Shown here: positions 25,821-39,304 of the stretch, piece after piece
How positions within the stretch are numbered: position 1 is the stretch's first letter
Layout of the letters: each line of letters opens with the position of its first letter
Assembly: GCA_964658305.1 (NCBI GenBank)
Contig: OZ210885.1
Coordinates: 21,576,001-21,640,000 of the forward strand
Length of the DNA stretch: 64,000 nucleotides
Source: Leptogorgia sarmentosa
Lineage: Eukaryota
Direction of reading: 5' to 3'
Position numbers and translations under genes: made by a program
Notes under the pieces: generated by a model
The model's input: the letters and a program-made list of their open reading frames with translations, nothing else
Databases searched by the model: none
Told to the model about the DNA's origin: nothing

Positions 25821-28800
25821 TCTGGAGGCCAAGTATCACCCTGCGTGCCTTGCTCAGCTCTATAAGAAGGCAGACTCTCCAAATGAAACAGCCGATCAGA
25901 ATGAAAATGAAATTTCCCCTGAGAGTATCGCTTTGGCAGAGCTTGTTTCATACATTGAAGAATCAAGTGAATCCGTTTTTAAACTGGCTGATCTTGCAAA
26001 AGTATACCAATCCCGTCTTCAACAGCTTGGGCGTCCTTCTACAGCACGTATTAACAGCACTCGGCTAAAAGAGCGAATTCTTACCCATCTCCCAAGTCTG
26101 GAAGATTACAGCGAAGGTCGGGATGTATACCTGACATTCAGAGAGAAGCTTGGCAAAATTATTCGAGGGGCTCACATGGTTGATAGCGACGAAGAAGCTA
26201 TCCATCTGGTAAAAGCGGCTAACATTGTACGAAAGGACATGTTAACAACAACACTTTCAATGGTTCTTTTGATGCAAACTGCCAGGAAACCTCTGTACCA
26301 AAGTCTCTCCTGTCCTTGATAAACATGATTCTTTACGGACCGAATATTGAAACCCAGTCTTGTAACCTGACTGCTAACCAACCTGGTGTGACCATCGCTC
26401 AACTTCTGCAGTATAATTGTTATGCACGTCGTAGAGGTACCAAACAAGAGCGTAAGAATAAATCACGTGAAACGCCAGTCGCTATCTACACCGGTCTTGC
26501 CATCCATTCTAAGACTCGCAGCCGCGAAGTAGTTGAGACAATGTACAATCTTGGGCTAAGTGTTTCTTATGATAGGATCCTTTCCATATCAACTTCATTG
26601 GGGAATGCAGTCTGCCGCCGCTACCACCAACAGAATGTGGTATGTCCTTCCAACTTGCGCACTGGTTTGTTCACAACTGCTGCTGTGGATAATATCGACC
26701 ATAATCCAAGCTCCACCACAGCACAGGATTCTTTCCATGGCACAGGGATATCCATTTTTCAAAACATAGCAACTGAGAAGCGAGGTTCTGCTCAGCAAAC
26801 CATATCAATAGACAAAACCACAGCGCCATCTTCCAAAACTGTGGAAGAGCTCCCTCACTGGTATACGAACATAACCCCAGTATCCTTGCCTAACAAGTCT
26901 CCTCCAGTTCCTGATGGATGTGGCCCATGCAATGGATCTTTACTTGTTCATATTCCCGAAGAAGACGGATTGTGGTTAGAAACCGTCAAGAGTCATTTAG
27001 ATGATGAAAACTCAAATTCCAACACTGTCATCTCATGGGCAGCATATCACTCTGTTAATCAACAGTCTAGTTCTCATCTACCTGCTGTATCAGCGTTACT
27101 GCCCTTGTTTCCTGACAATGCAAAGTCCGTGGCCATCATCGCACACGCAATGGATGTGATTAAATCATGTGTACATCACCTCAATCCAAGACAGGTTCCA
27201 GTGATAGCGTTAGATCAGCCTCTGCATACTGTAGCCGAACAAATACAGTGGAACTTTAAGGAAAAATACGAAGAAGATAAGTCTGTGATAATGTTTGGAG
27301 GGCTACATATTGAAATGGGCTTCCTTAAGCTTATTGGTACCTGGCTAGATGGAAGTGGATGGACGACCGCCCTAGTAGATGCTAACATCGCATCATCGGG
27401 CACGGCAGAATTATTTATCAAAGCAACTAGTGTCACCCGATCCAGAAGGGCTCATCAGGTAACCGCGAGTAGTCTTTACATATTACTTAAGAAGGCGTAC
27501 GACAATTACACTGAAGAAGCGAATCCAGATGATGATGATGTCCATTCATTCCACGACTGGTGCACTAATCAAGCTACCAATTGTCCGCAGTTCTACTATT
27601 GGTACACCACATTTAAGTTGCAACTCATTCTCCTGATGTTTATTCGATCTATACGTTTAGGTGACTTTTCACTCTACCGGGACACACTTTCTTTGATGCT
27701 TCCCTGTCTGTTTGCTTTGAATCACAGAAATTACGCCCGTTGGATTCCAGTTCATCTTCGGGATATGTGTCTACTGCCGCAAATTTCCCCAGACGTTGCT
27801 ACTGAGTTTGAGCAAGGTTGGTTCACAGTGCGTAAGTGAACAAGACCCTTCTCAGCTATAGCAATTGACCATGCTCAGCTATAGCAATTGACCATGCTCA
27901 TGAGCAGAATAACGCAATTGTTAAAGGGGACGGAGGAGCAGTGGGTTTAACCGAGAATGCAGGTGCCTTAAGACGATGGATGACATCTGGTCCTGAGATA
28001 GCGCGGTTAGTGAATGAGTTCGAACTGATATGTCGACACACCACGAAGTTCAGAAAAGTTTTCAAACCTCGTTTGCTAATGATGTCAGGTCATTGGTGGC
28101 AACATTTGAAGAGCTTGGGAACCCTTTCCTGAACCAAGGTGATGATCTTGTTACACTGGACACCAAAGAAGTTGCTCTGCCAGATGCGCTAGAGAGACTC
28201 AAGAATATTGAAATCAAAGGTAAATCCCAGTGTGACAAGTTTGTGTTGGAGCGTTTGGAGGAACGTAAGAGTTCCATATTTGATCCAATCAAGCGGAACA
28301 AGCTAAGCTTTTTTACTTCTGCCCTCCCGAAGAAAACAGCAAAGTTCCAACAGCAGCTATTCTCTGTTAAGAGCGACTGCGCTCTTTTTTCCCGCCTCTA
28401 CGTCTCATGTCAGACCAGAGACGGTGACCTTGACGACTTCTTCATGCATGAGAATCAAGGATGTCCTCCTTCCCTATCCAACCAGGGAAAGCTCCGCCTA
28501 CCAAAAAAGAAATCGGAACTGGTAGACTGTCTACTAGGGGATGGCACAGCTGCACAATCTACTAGGGAAACTGTCAATGTTACCATAATTGATGGGGCAG
28601 TAGCTGTCAATATGATCAGACCAAGCAAAGAGACAACATTTGAAGATTACGCTTTGAAATCCTTCCTACCGTACATAGAAACACAATCCCGACTTGTTGA
28701 CCGAATAGATGTTGTATGGGACGTTTACGTTCAAAACAGCCTGAAACATACAACCAGGTGCAACCGAGGGGCTGGTGTTCGACGTCGTATCTCTGCAAGC

Positions 28801-29785
28801 AGTCCTATTCCTCGCAATTGGGGTGAATTTCTTCGTGTGGATGAGAACAAAACCCAACTTTTTGAGTTTCTGGCAGAGTATTTATCTAACCTCAACACGG
28901 AGAAGCAAGTCATTACGACAGTCGCAAACCAAGTGCTTTGCACAGTACAGCGTGACCTTACTTATCTTGCTCCTTGTTCCCACGAAGAAGCTGACACCAG
29001 AATTATACTTCACGTGCAAGACGCCATCAACCGTGGTTATACAAGGATCGCTATCCGCACTGTAGATACGGATGTTCTGATCCTTGCAGTTGCAGCACTA
29101 CCACTTCTTTCTGGCCCCACACAACCTGAAATATGGCTCGCATTTGGAACTGGAGCAAACCTTCAATATATTGCTGCTCATACAATTTGCGGCAACCTTG
29201 GTCCACGAATTTCAAAAGCACTCCCATTTTTCCACGCCTTGTGATACAGTATCCTGTTTTGCTGGAAAAGGAAAGAAAACTGCATTTGAGGTATGGAAGT
29301 TGTACCCTGAAGTCACAGATGCCTTTCTCCTCCTGGCCTCCGAACCACAGGAAGTGAGCAAGTCTTGTATGATCAGCATTGAGCGTTACACAGTACTACT
29401 CTATGACCGAACCAGCAACAAGTCGACTGTAAATGAAGCTAGAAAGCAGTTGTTCGCACAGAAAGGTCGATCCCTGGACGCCATACCTCCTTCTAGAGCG
29501 GCTCTAGTGGAACATACAAGACGTGCTGCATATCAGGCGGAACACTGCTGGGGACAAGCTCTTAAGCCACGCCCGGTGCTTCCTAGTCCTGAGAGTTGGG
29601 GATGGACTCTGTGCGAAGGAAAGTGGGAGCCATACTGGACGACACTCCCAGATGTCACACAAGTATGCCGTGAGCTAGTCCGATGTGGGTGTAAGAAGGG
29701 CTGCAGAGGAAGGTGCTCCTGTCTTAAAGTTAACCTCTGCTGCACAGCGCTTTGTTTTTGTGACGAGGAGTGTAATAATAGATAG
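25820..29785 (+). mobile_element. Academ(X)-like transposase with XPG-type nuclease and Cys8 finger, frameshifted
   Basis: EAKYH, AAVDNIDHN..SFHGT, LDQPL, GGLHIEM, HEQNN, HEEADTR, DTDV, CDTVS..GKGKK and a terminal CGCKKGC..C.C....CTALC.C...C. A 23-bp tandem duplication lies at about 27852-27900. Confidence 0.8.
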
Positions 29786-30071
29786 ACAATCTTTGCTACG
29801 GTTTAAATATCTGCTTCAAACGTTTGCTTGGACACGAATGTGTAAAACTGGGGGACTTAGCTGTAATTCAATAACAGTGTGTCTTTCAACAAATGCTCGT
29901 GGGTTATTGATTTCATGTTATTGTTATGCAGGTTTCCATGCACCGTAAAATTATGTTACATTACATATTATTGTGAAAAATACATTCTGTAATAAAATGA
30001 TAATTTCAAGCTAAGTTTGGCAGCCATGCTGGCCTTGCTGTTCTCACAAATAAATCAACAGAATAAATATT

Positions 30072-30266
30072 AGTCAGTCCCAGTCGTCCCTTCGTTGTGG
30101 TGTCAGTCAGTCTCAGTCATCCCCTCATTGTAGTATAAGTCAGTCTCAGTCGTCCCCTCATTGTAGTATCAGTCAGTCTCAGTCGTCCCCTCATTGTAGT
30201 ATCAGTCGGTCTCAGTCGTCCCCTCATTGTAGTATCAGTCGGTCTCAGTCGTCCCCTCATTGTAGT
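30072..30266. repeat. 33-bp minisatellite (AGTCAGTCTCAGTCGTCCCCTCATTGTAGTATC, about 6 copies)
   Basis: Read directly from the sequence. A further ~1.5 copies occur at 60088-60134. Confidence 0.9.
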
Positions 30267-30598
30267 TTTAATCTTTATTGCCTCTAATTTCTGAAGAGTA
30301 GGTATATTTACAAAGGAAATATTAATAATAAAATAAAGATAGTGAAAAAAAAAACTATGAATTGTTACTTAACTAGCTAACTAAATTGCTCCTATAACAA
30401 AAGGAAACATAGCTTGCAGATTTCAACAATAGCTCCGTCCATATGTCTGTGTTTCCACATAATACTTCTGACTTTTTACCTAATATAACCAAAAGAAATT
30501 CCATGTCTGTCAAACTTGCTAAATGTACTGCCATTTCGATTGGCATAGTATCGTTCATCCATTCCCATAGTTCTTCTCTTGATTGGCTTGTGCTATTA

Positions 30599-32662
30599 CA
30601 CCTTTTGTTACTCATAAAGAGAAAACGAGCTACCGTTTGTATGAACCAGCAACAAATAAAACGTAGGGATATGCATGTGCACGGATTGAACATCAAATTG
30701 CATGCAACGAGTATTCAATACAAAAATTTGAATATGATAATCATTCATTATCTTGCAAATATATTCAATATAAAAAAATAAGCTTACAATAGCATGCATA
30801 TGGAACTCATAGAAATCTAGAGAATAGACATCAGAGTCAAGAATGTAGTCATAATGAAAACGTTGTTTATTAACATTGTTAAACGCCAACAAGCGAGCAA
30901 TAAAAGGAATGTTTAATCATTACAATGGTCTTAATTGCCAACTGTGTGTTTGTGATAACAATAGAACACATATCAAGTTCATTTAACACAAATATCTTTT
31001 CAAGAAAACAATACATAATATGGCATAAATGTGGTGTAATATTCTTGACACACAGTGTAGAAACCTAAAGGGACTCTGTAAAGGGACTCCGCACTTTGAT
31101 TAAAAATTATTCAGTCCCAGACAAATATATAAATACAAGCGTGGTTTGTGTGTGGCTGTAGACTGCACAGTTGGTACAAGGTGTAGGTGCAACATGTTCA
31201 GGCGTAATAGAATCACACAGGAACACAGACAGCGAATTGTACAAGCCTTTGAGAACGAAGACGAAGACTATTTACTCGTTGCAGATACATTGGGAGTTAT
31301 ACATTGAGCCTCAGGGCGGCAGAAACAACATCCGTGTAGACGAAGAAATGCGAGACTGTCTTGAACAGATTATCAACGAAAACTATGTCCTAACGCTTGT
31401 ACAAATAAATAGAGAGTTACGAAGGCGTCTCCCACACAAACCAGAAATCCACGAAAGCACAGTTGCACGAACATTGAATGGGATGTTGTTCACAGTTAAA
31501 CTGGTGCGACCCGTTCCAAACGAAAGAAATAGACCCGATGTAATTGTAAAACATAGAGAATATGCAGACTGGTTCATGAACCATGCCATCCTGCGAAACT
31601 GTGTGTTTATCGATGAATGTGGATACAACGTCTGGACCGCCCGTAGTCATGGGAGAGCATGATTAGGTGAAAGAGCGTATCGGCAGGTTTGCGGACAGCG
31701 CGGACGAAACATGACCGTTTGCTTAGCAGTATCCGCTAATGCTGGCTTAGTGTTCCACACGGCCTTTCTAGGAGGAATGAATCGTGAACGCTTTGCTGAT
31801 TTTCTTGCACAGACACGCCTCAATCTGGATCCTGATGAAGAAGTCATCTTCATATATGACGGCGCACCAGCACATAACAATCCACCTGTCCCTGCTCCCA
31901 ATACCGAGTTGCGAAAACTCCCTCCATACAGCCCCTTCCTCAACATTGTAGAGCAAGCAATAAGCTCCCTTAAAGCAGCAATAAAAGCGGACATTTCCCG
32001 CCCCGAAATTCAACGATCGGTGGGTGGTGGAGACGCGGCAAGAAATCGACATCTACCTTTGGGAGAGTTTCGCACCCATCTTCTCTTGGATGCCCTACAG
32101 CGAAATATAGGTACAATAACTGCAGCGAAATGCGGGCAGTGGTACCGTTTCATGCAAACCTACATTCCACGCTGCTTAAACGTAGAGGCCATTCAGGGAT
32201 AACGGAAATATGACATTTCCTTCGTGATATCCCAAGTATTATTTAGTGTTTTCTTGAAAAATTATTTGTGTTAAATGAACTTGATATGTGTTCTATTGTT
32301 ATCACAAGCACACAGTTGGCAATTAAAACCATTGTAATGATTAAACATTCCTTTTATTGTTCGCTTGTTGGCGTTTAACAATGTTATTAAACAACGTTTT
32401 CATTATAATGACTACATTCTTGACTCTGATGTCTATTCTCTAGATTTCTATGGGTCCCATATGCATGCTATTGTAAGCTTATTTTTTGATATTGAATATA
32501 TTTGCAAGATAATGAATGATTATGCATATTCAAATTTTTGTATTGAATACTCGTTGCATGCAATTTGATGTTCAATCCGTGCACATGCATATCCCTACGT
32601 TTTATTCGTTGCTGGTTCATACAAACGGTAGCTCGTTTTCTCTTTATGAGTAACAAAAGGTG
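30599..32662 (+). mobile_element. Tc1/IS630-like transposon with ~420-bp TIRs and TA TSD
   Basis: TA-CACCTTTTGTTACTC ... GAGTAACAAAAGGTG-TA. Region 30599-31020 is the inverse of 32236-32662. Confidence 0.93.
31171..32202 (+). pseudogene. IS630/Tc1-like DDE transposase with an in-frame stop at 31660
   Basis: FIDECG, IYDGAPAH and LPPYSPFLNIVE. The two listed ORFs share one frame. The 5' end is degenerate. Confidence 0.9.
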
Positions 32663-34685
32663 TACAATAAAGTAATGCATGCTTTACAGGATTTAAGAAA
32701 TTACTATTACAATTGTAATACAATACAATATTACAAATTGATCAGATAAAATATACCCTGTTAAGAAGTCCATGAGATCATATTTCAAGAGAATTCGTAC
32801 AATATTTGGAATGAACCATTTTAAGGTGTTTGTATGGTTCCACTTCCAACGTATTAATCTCATGAGGAAGATCTTTCTGCACGGAACACCATGACTCATT
32901 AGTATAAGTCGTCCCAAAAGATACAATTTCCGTTTATCGACTTCAGCTTCGATTGGTGGTAAGCCCAGCAACCCTCGCGCAGCAGACCCTGATATTCCAG
33001 ATAATAACCCTTGCATAATGCGCACCGTAGTATTTTGCACTTTTTCCAGTTCAACAATGTCTTTACAATTCAATTGCCAAAGCTCGGAGCCATACAACAT
33101 CTTTGGGATACCAATCCGTTTCCATAACTGAACTGAAATTATAGGATTTAATCCTCCATATCAAGCTCCCATTTTCATTAAAACCATTCCGGATTCTCTT
33201 CCTCTGGTAACAGCTTTAGAAACGAATGCAGACGAATCCTTGTTGACATGCCATATTTTTCCAAGATTGAACCAAATTTCTTTTTCAAAATAACTCGTGA
33301 CCCAAGATGCCAATTTGTAATGCTGCGATTTACACTACGTTCCCGATGGCTTTCGCCAAACGTTAAAACTACCGTTTTCGTAGCATTAAATGTAAATCTC
33401 CATTTGTTGCTGTATTCCGAAGCACATCGTAACATTTTATCCAGTCCTGATTTCATACATGATAGCATAGTTAGATCATCCGCAAACATGGGTGATCCGA
33501 AATACACGGTGTTAATGCAAATTCCAGATTGAACGTTGCTCAATTCCTCGATAAGGTTGTCAATGAATACCAGGAAAAGCCAGGGTGATAAAACCCCACC
33601 TTGTCTTGTACCTTGCCCTAACTCGTATATACGAGATGGTTTTCCTTCAACAATAACAAATTCTTTCATGTTCAAGTAGCAATTTCGTATGAGCCGCCAA
33701 GTTTTGCCTGTTACCCCTTTGGTGTAGTATAGCTTGTAAAGCATTCCATTAATCCACATAGTGTCAAAGGCTTTTGAGATGTCCATATAGGCCGCATAAA
33801 CTTTATCATTATCCTCGGAACAGTGATTTATCACCTCTTCAATTGCAACATGTCGTAAGAGCATCCTGCTGTTTTTGATATCCACCCTGGAGAGGATGAT
33901 GGAGACAATTTTGTTGCTTTTGTAATTGTGATAATACTATACGTTCCAGGATTTTATTAACACAGGGCAATAAACTTATCCCTCGATGATCATCAAACAT
34001 GTGTGTTTTCTTATTGCCCTTAGGAATTGTTATTTTAATTGCCAATTTAAATGAACTTGGAATCTCTTCTCTATCGATAATACAAGTGTAAAGATTTAAT
34101 AATGCATGTATGACAGGGGCGGATCCAGACCGATGCAACCGGTGCACATGCATCGGTCAAATTTGTGAAACCATAAATAGCATGTCGATTATTATAATAC
34201 TCGCAATGGACGCAATGAGTCTGTGATTGTCTGGGATATATTCCTAATTCCTACATATTCCCTAAACGCAAATTGTTTACGCAAATGTAGCTTATAAATG
34301 CAGTATTTGCGCCAAATTCACGTATCTGTTTCCAGTATAAACAGACGAAATACAACGCACAAACGATAAATTTGTCAAACGGTATCTTTGTTGTCATGCG
34401 AGTGATGCAACAGTTTATCGTCAATAAGTTCTAGACAAATATTTAGACGGCGTTTTGGGGAAACATGAACTACGTCACTGTAGATGGAAATGCATCGGTA
34501 CGTCACAGTAGATTTGGAGTGCATCGGTATGTCACAGTAGATTTGCAGATGCATCGCTTGTGCGCCCGTCCCGAGTTCTTTTTCTGCGCGGAATCTACTG
34601 TGACATCATGAAAACCATTGTTTTGAGGTGACGTTGCAGTAGATTTGGTCCGCTGTCCGGTGCACTGTGTGCAGAATGCTGGCGC

Positions 34686-37600
34686 TTGACAAACTATGCA
34701 TGGTTGGCACCGCTAATTCTGGCGAATTCCGCCGTCATGTTACGAAGGCACGACGTACGTATCCTTCTTATCGTATATCACCCTTATGTTAAGGACAAGA
34801 CTCGTTTTTTCAAGTCCGAGAATACGACTTTCTCTGCATCTGCATCTGATGCTGCATTAGGTGATGGGTATGACCGCAAAAATCCCAACAGCAGGGTGGC
34901 AGTGGTAAGATGAGAGGCAGTGCGAAATGCTACAATTGGAACCTTTGCCTCACTTATGTGTGTATTTGCTTTGTCATCTGTCACTGGAATGAACATCATT
35001 TCAGTTTACCCAGAGGAGTTAGATCATGAGACCAAATACTCCCAATTTCAAAATGGAACTATATTTCCCAGAAGATGTCACAAAAATTTTTCAGGAAAAC
35101 TTGCTCAAAATGTAAAGCTCATCCTAATGTGGACAACTAATGGTATTGTTACTTTACCTGGATTGAGTGAAGACTTCCAACCCAACCATTTTGTACCGCT
35201 TTTAGAGTTTAACATAAATATAAATAAAAAGATAGGATCCTCCCAGCAGAAAAAAATTACTGACCATTTTCCATCTCATTGTGGAAAGAAAGAAGACAAT
35301 ATTGACTTAGAAGGTATGGTAATTAGAATTTATGTACATATAGTACTGGTATATATTCTTGTGGAATGTTATAACAGTAATAACACCCATTCAAAGACTT
35401 ATTTTTGCTCTTTTACTTATTCTTACAATTATATGTGTGATAATAGAGTGTGCTCTGCCTATGTCTGTAAATTTCTAGACCAAATAGAGCATAAAGGGGT
35501 TCAATATTCTTCAATCTGCAGGTTCTAACTATATTTCAACAAGATATTCTTTAAAATGTCACATTAAATTTAACATTTAGGGGTGTGTGAAGAATTGGCA
35601 GAAGATTTAGTGGAGAAAGTGAGCAGTGAAAGTCCTCCAGCAACAGCAGATTCAGAAAACGTCCCAAGCAGCAGCAGTGAAATTCATAAAACTCCCCCAG
35701 CAGCAGAGGATATTGCAAATCTTTCATGTGCCATTGATATTAATGAAGTGAACTGTGATCCTTTTAGGACCACAGCAAAACGTGAGTTAAATAATTTTGG
35801 TTGAAGGATTTTGTTTTATTTATGCAAAATCGATAGTCTACTGAACATATTATCCTTTGTTAAAAATCCTGAAACCTTGTTTAAGAGAAATGCTTAATAT
35901 TTTTTCGGTTAAAGATGGTGATTAAATATTGCATGTTTCAATGTTTTGATTAGGAACACATGCACCTAGTTTAATGGAAATGAAAAAACAAGATGAAGGG
36001 ACGTCTAAACGAATGAAAGTTGCCGATCTTCCCGATGTTGACCCTTTGGATATAGGGCGGTTTGTATCCATGGAGGCAATAGATGATGACACAAAGCTTA
36101 ACCTAATTAACAACCACTGGAAACCACCTCCAACCTTTAATTTTCCTTTGACTGAGTATGGTAAAACCCGTTCTGAACGTCGTAAATTTACTGCAAGTTG
36201 GCTTAATCGTTGGTCCTGGTTATGTTATTCCAAACTTCATGATGGAGCGTTTTGTCTTTCTTGTGTTCTGTTTGGTCAGGAGACTGGCCATAATTGCCAG
36301 AAACTCAACAAGCTATTCAAGGAGCCCTTGACGAATTGGAAAAGTGCTGCGACAAAACTCCAGGACCATCATCAACACTCCAAAATTCATCATGATTCTA
36401 TGATGAGAATGATAGATAGATAGATATTTTAATAAATTCTCCCTGAAAGGGTTTTTCAGAAATTATTTACATGTATGCAATAGCGGTTTTATATATAAGC
36501 TTAATAAATGGATCTTAAAATTATCTTAACTATGTACATGTTTTAGATTGTTGTGCTAAAAGTTTTTTCAAGCAAATCTTTCTTCAATGCTGCTTTAAAA
36601 GTCTTAAGAGAAGAGCTGTCTTTCAAGTTCTTTTCCAAATTGTTCCAGATGTGGAGGGCTCTAAATGCGAATGTTCGTTGACCAGCTGCAGTTTTAAATA
36701 GCGGTATTTGGAGAGAGTCGCATGTACGAGTGCTACGGTTGTGGATTGATGACCTTTTTATCAATTTGTTACAAAGGTAGTCGGGTGCAAGATTGTTTAC
36801 GCATTTGTACGTCAAAACAGCATCTCTAAAATATAGTAATTTGTCTACTGGAAGCCAATTTAGTTTACGTAGAAGTGGAGTTACGTGGTCATATTTCCTG
36901 GATTTCGTGATGATCTTACATGCAAAATTCTGGATCGACTGAACTTTCTTTACGTTGGTGGCAGATGTGTTCGACCAGACGGAGGAGCAATAAAGTATCT
37001 TGCTGATAACTAAGGACGAAATGATTTCCGATAGAGTTTTTGTGTCGAAACTATTTTTTGCACGATTTATCTGGTATAGTTTGTTCATGCACAACGAGAC
37101 AAGCAGCGATGTATGATTGTCATAATTTAAATGACTATCTAACGTAACACCTAAATCTTTAGCGAAGTCCGCTGGTCTGAGGGGTTTGCCCAAGAATGAT
37201 ACGGATATGTCTGTAGGTAGTCTGTTCATCAGCTGCTTTGTTCCAATTATCATGTACTTAGTTTTCCCAGGATTAATTAAAAGGTTGTTTTCACAGCACC
37301 AACTTGCGACTCTGTGTAGGTCTTGTTCGAGATTTGTGATTGCTGAGTCTATTTCGCGCAATGGAAAGGAGAGGAGAATTGAATGAATGATGCACTTCAG
37401 AACAGTAATGATGGGAGAAAGGAAAGGCATTCAAGAGCAAGTTGATAAGCTTAGAAGTGAGCGCATAGAGTACAACCGAAGTATTCTACAATCCATATCA
37501 AAAACGGTCATCTTGGCTGGGAGGCAGAATCTTCCGTTAAGAGGGCATCGTGATGACTCGCAGCATTATTCTTCTAAAAATCCTGGCAACTTCCAAGCTC

Positions 37601-39269
37601 TATTAAATTTCAGAGTTGACTCGGGTGACACGAAGCTTCAGCACCACTTTCAAAATGCAAAGAAGAATGCCACATATCGCTCGAAAACAGTCCAAAACAA
37701 GCTAGTGAAGATCTGCGGGGACCAAATACAGCAAAGCATCGTCAAGGACATCAAGAGCAGCGTTTGTCCAGTATATTCAGTTCTCGGAGATGAAGCAACG
37801 GACTGTAGCAATAGAGAGCAAATGCCCATTGTTTTGCGGTATGTCGATTCAAATAAAGAAATTAACGAAAGGTTTATCAAGTTCGTGGAATGCGATGATG
37901 GTGTTACTGGCGAGGCATTAGCAAAGAACGTAGAGGATACATTGGACGAAATTGGCTTACCACTCGGACAGTGTCGTGGCCAAGGGTATGATGGAGCCAG
38001 TGCAATGTCTAGCAAGTCAAAGGGTGTTTCTGGTCGCATTCTAAGCAAAAATTCTAAAGCAATCTATGTCCATTGTGCCAGCCATCGCTTAAATCTCGTG
38101 ATTGCCAAAACGTGCAAGCTTACGTCCGTAAGGAATATGTTGGGCCATGCACAGACGATTTCGACGTTTTACAGTCCTTCTCCCAAACGCACACAGGTTC
38201 TAAGGCAGAAAATTAAACAAATCGGTTTGAAGCGTCAAAAACTTGGAACTCCTTCAACGACTCGGTGGGTTGAACGGATAAATACCCTCGATGAATTTGT
38301 AAATGCATTTGAAGCTATTTTTCAAAGTTTGGAATACATGAAGACTAACGAGAATCATGATTTCGATAATTCAAGTAGTGATGCTGAACGGTTGTTTCTT
38401 TCAATCAAGAAATTCGAATTTATTGCTTGCCTTGTCATCACATCTAATCTTCTTCATCATACCTTGTCGTTGACTGTTCAGTTGCAGAAAAGGACTATCG
38501 ACATTGCTGAATCATTAAAACAGATTAATCTCTTGAAGGCGCAACTTCGAAACCTACGCAAATCAGTAGATGAGATACACAATCAATATTATGATCAAGC
38601 CCTGCAACTGGCATCGAATGTCGATGTTAAAGAAAAGTTCGTTCGCCTATGCACCACACAAACAAAACGAGAGAATTATCTTGTCGAAACAGCGCGCGAT
38701 TACTACCAAGTAAAACTAACAATTCCTATTCTTGACCACCTGATTGAGCAGGTTGAGTTCCGTTTTCCGTCAGAGACCTGCAACATCTACGACGGTTTCT
38801 ACATTATTCCTAAGAATTTCCTCAGATGTAAAGGGGTTGATTGGAAGGTCGAGTTCATGAAGTTTGTTTCTGCTTACCAAGACGATATGCCAAGTTATCA
38901 AACAATTCATGCCGAGTTAGGACTGTGGGAGACGAGTTGGAAAGAAGGTTTTGATCAAGTAGAATATGATTCCATCACTGATACTCTTCGGAACTGCAAC
39001 GAACTTGCATTTCCAAATATTTTTGCAGCACTTAAGATTCTTGCAGTACTTCCAGTAACTACTTGTGAATGCGAAAGATCTGTATCCGCTCTCCGCCGAA
39101 TGAAAACGTGGCTACGAAGCACCATGACTAATGAACGGTTGAATGGTCTTGCTCAGATGCATATCAATGACGACATAAACATTGATGTGGAAGAGGTCAT
39201 CAACACATTTCCCTGCAGAATCCAACCCGAATGCAATTTCTCGACGTCTTGGATGATGATGGTAAATGA
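34686..39269 (+). pseudogene. hAT transposase (ZMYM1/THAP12-P52rIPK-like) with upstream vertnin/OTU-like exon
   Basis: Exons ~34686-35313, 35581-35781 and 35954-39269, the last interrupted at 36414-37384. TTF-type finger WLCYS..GAFCLSC, LRGHRD, DEATD, GQGYDGA, HCASHRLNL, TRW and CERSVSALRR. A frameshift near 39210 precedes the likely true stop at 39267-39269. Confidence 0.85.
36414..37384 (-). mobile_element. 5'-truncated L2/CR1-type LINE 3' end inserted in the hAT transposase, TSD GAATGAT
   Basis: WCCENNLLINPGKTK, KDLGV, HVTPLLRKLNWLPV and WNNL motifs; (TATC)n tail. TSD at 36407-36413 and 37385-37391. Removal restores ...DSMMRMMHFRT. Confidence 0.9.
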
Positions 39270-39304
39270 ACAACTTTTTAAAATATGTCATTGCTATGTT
39301 TACT

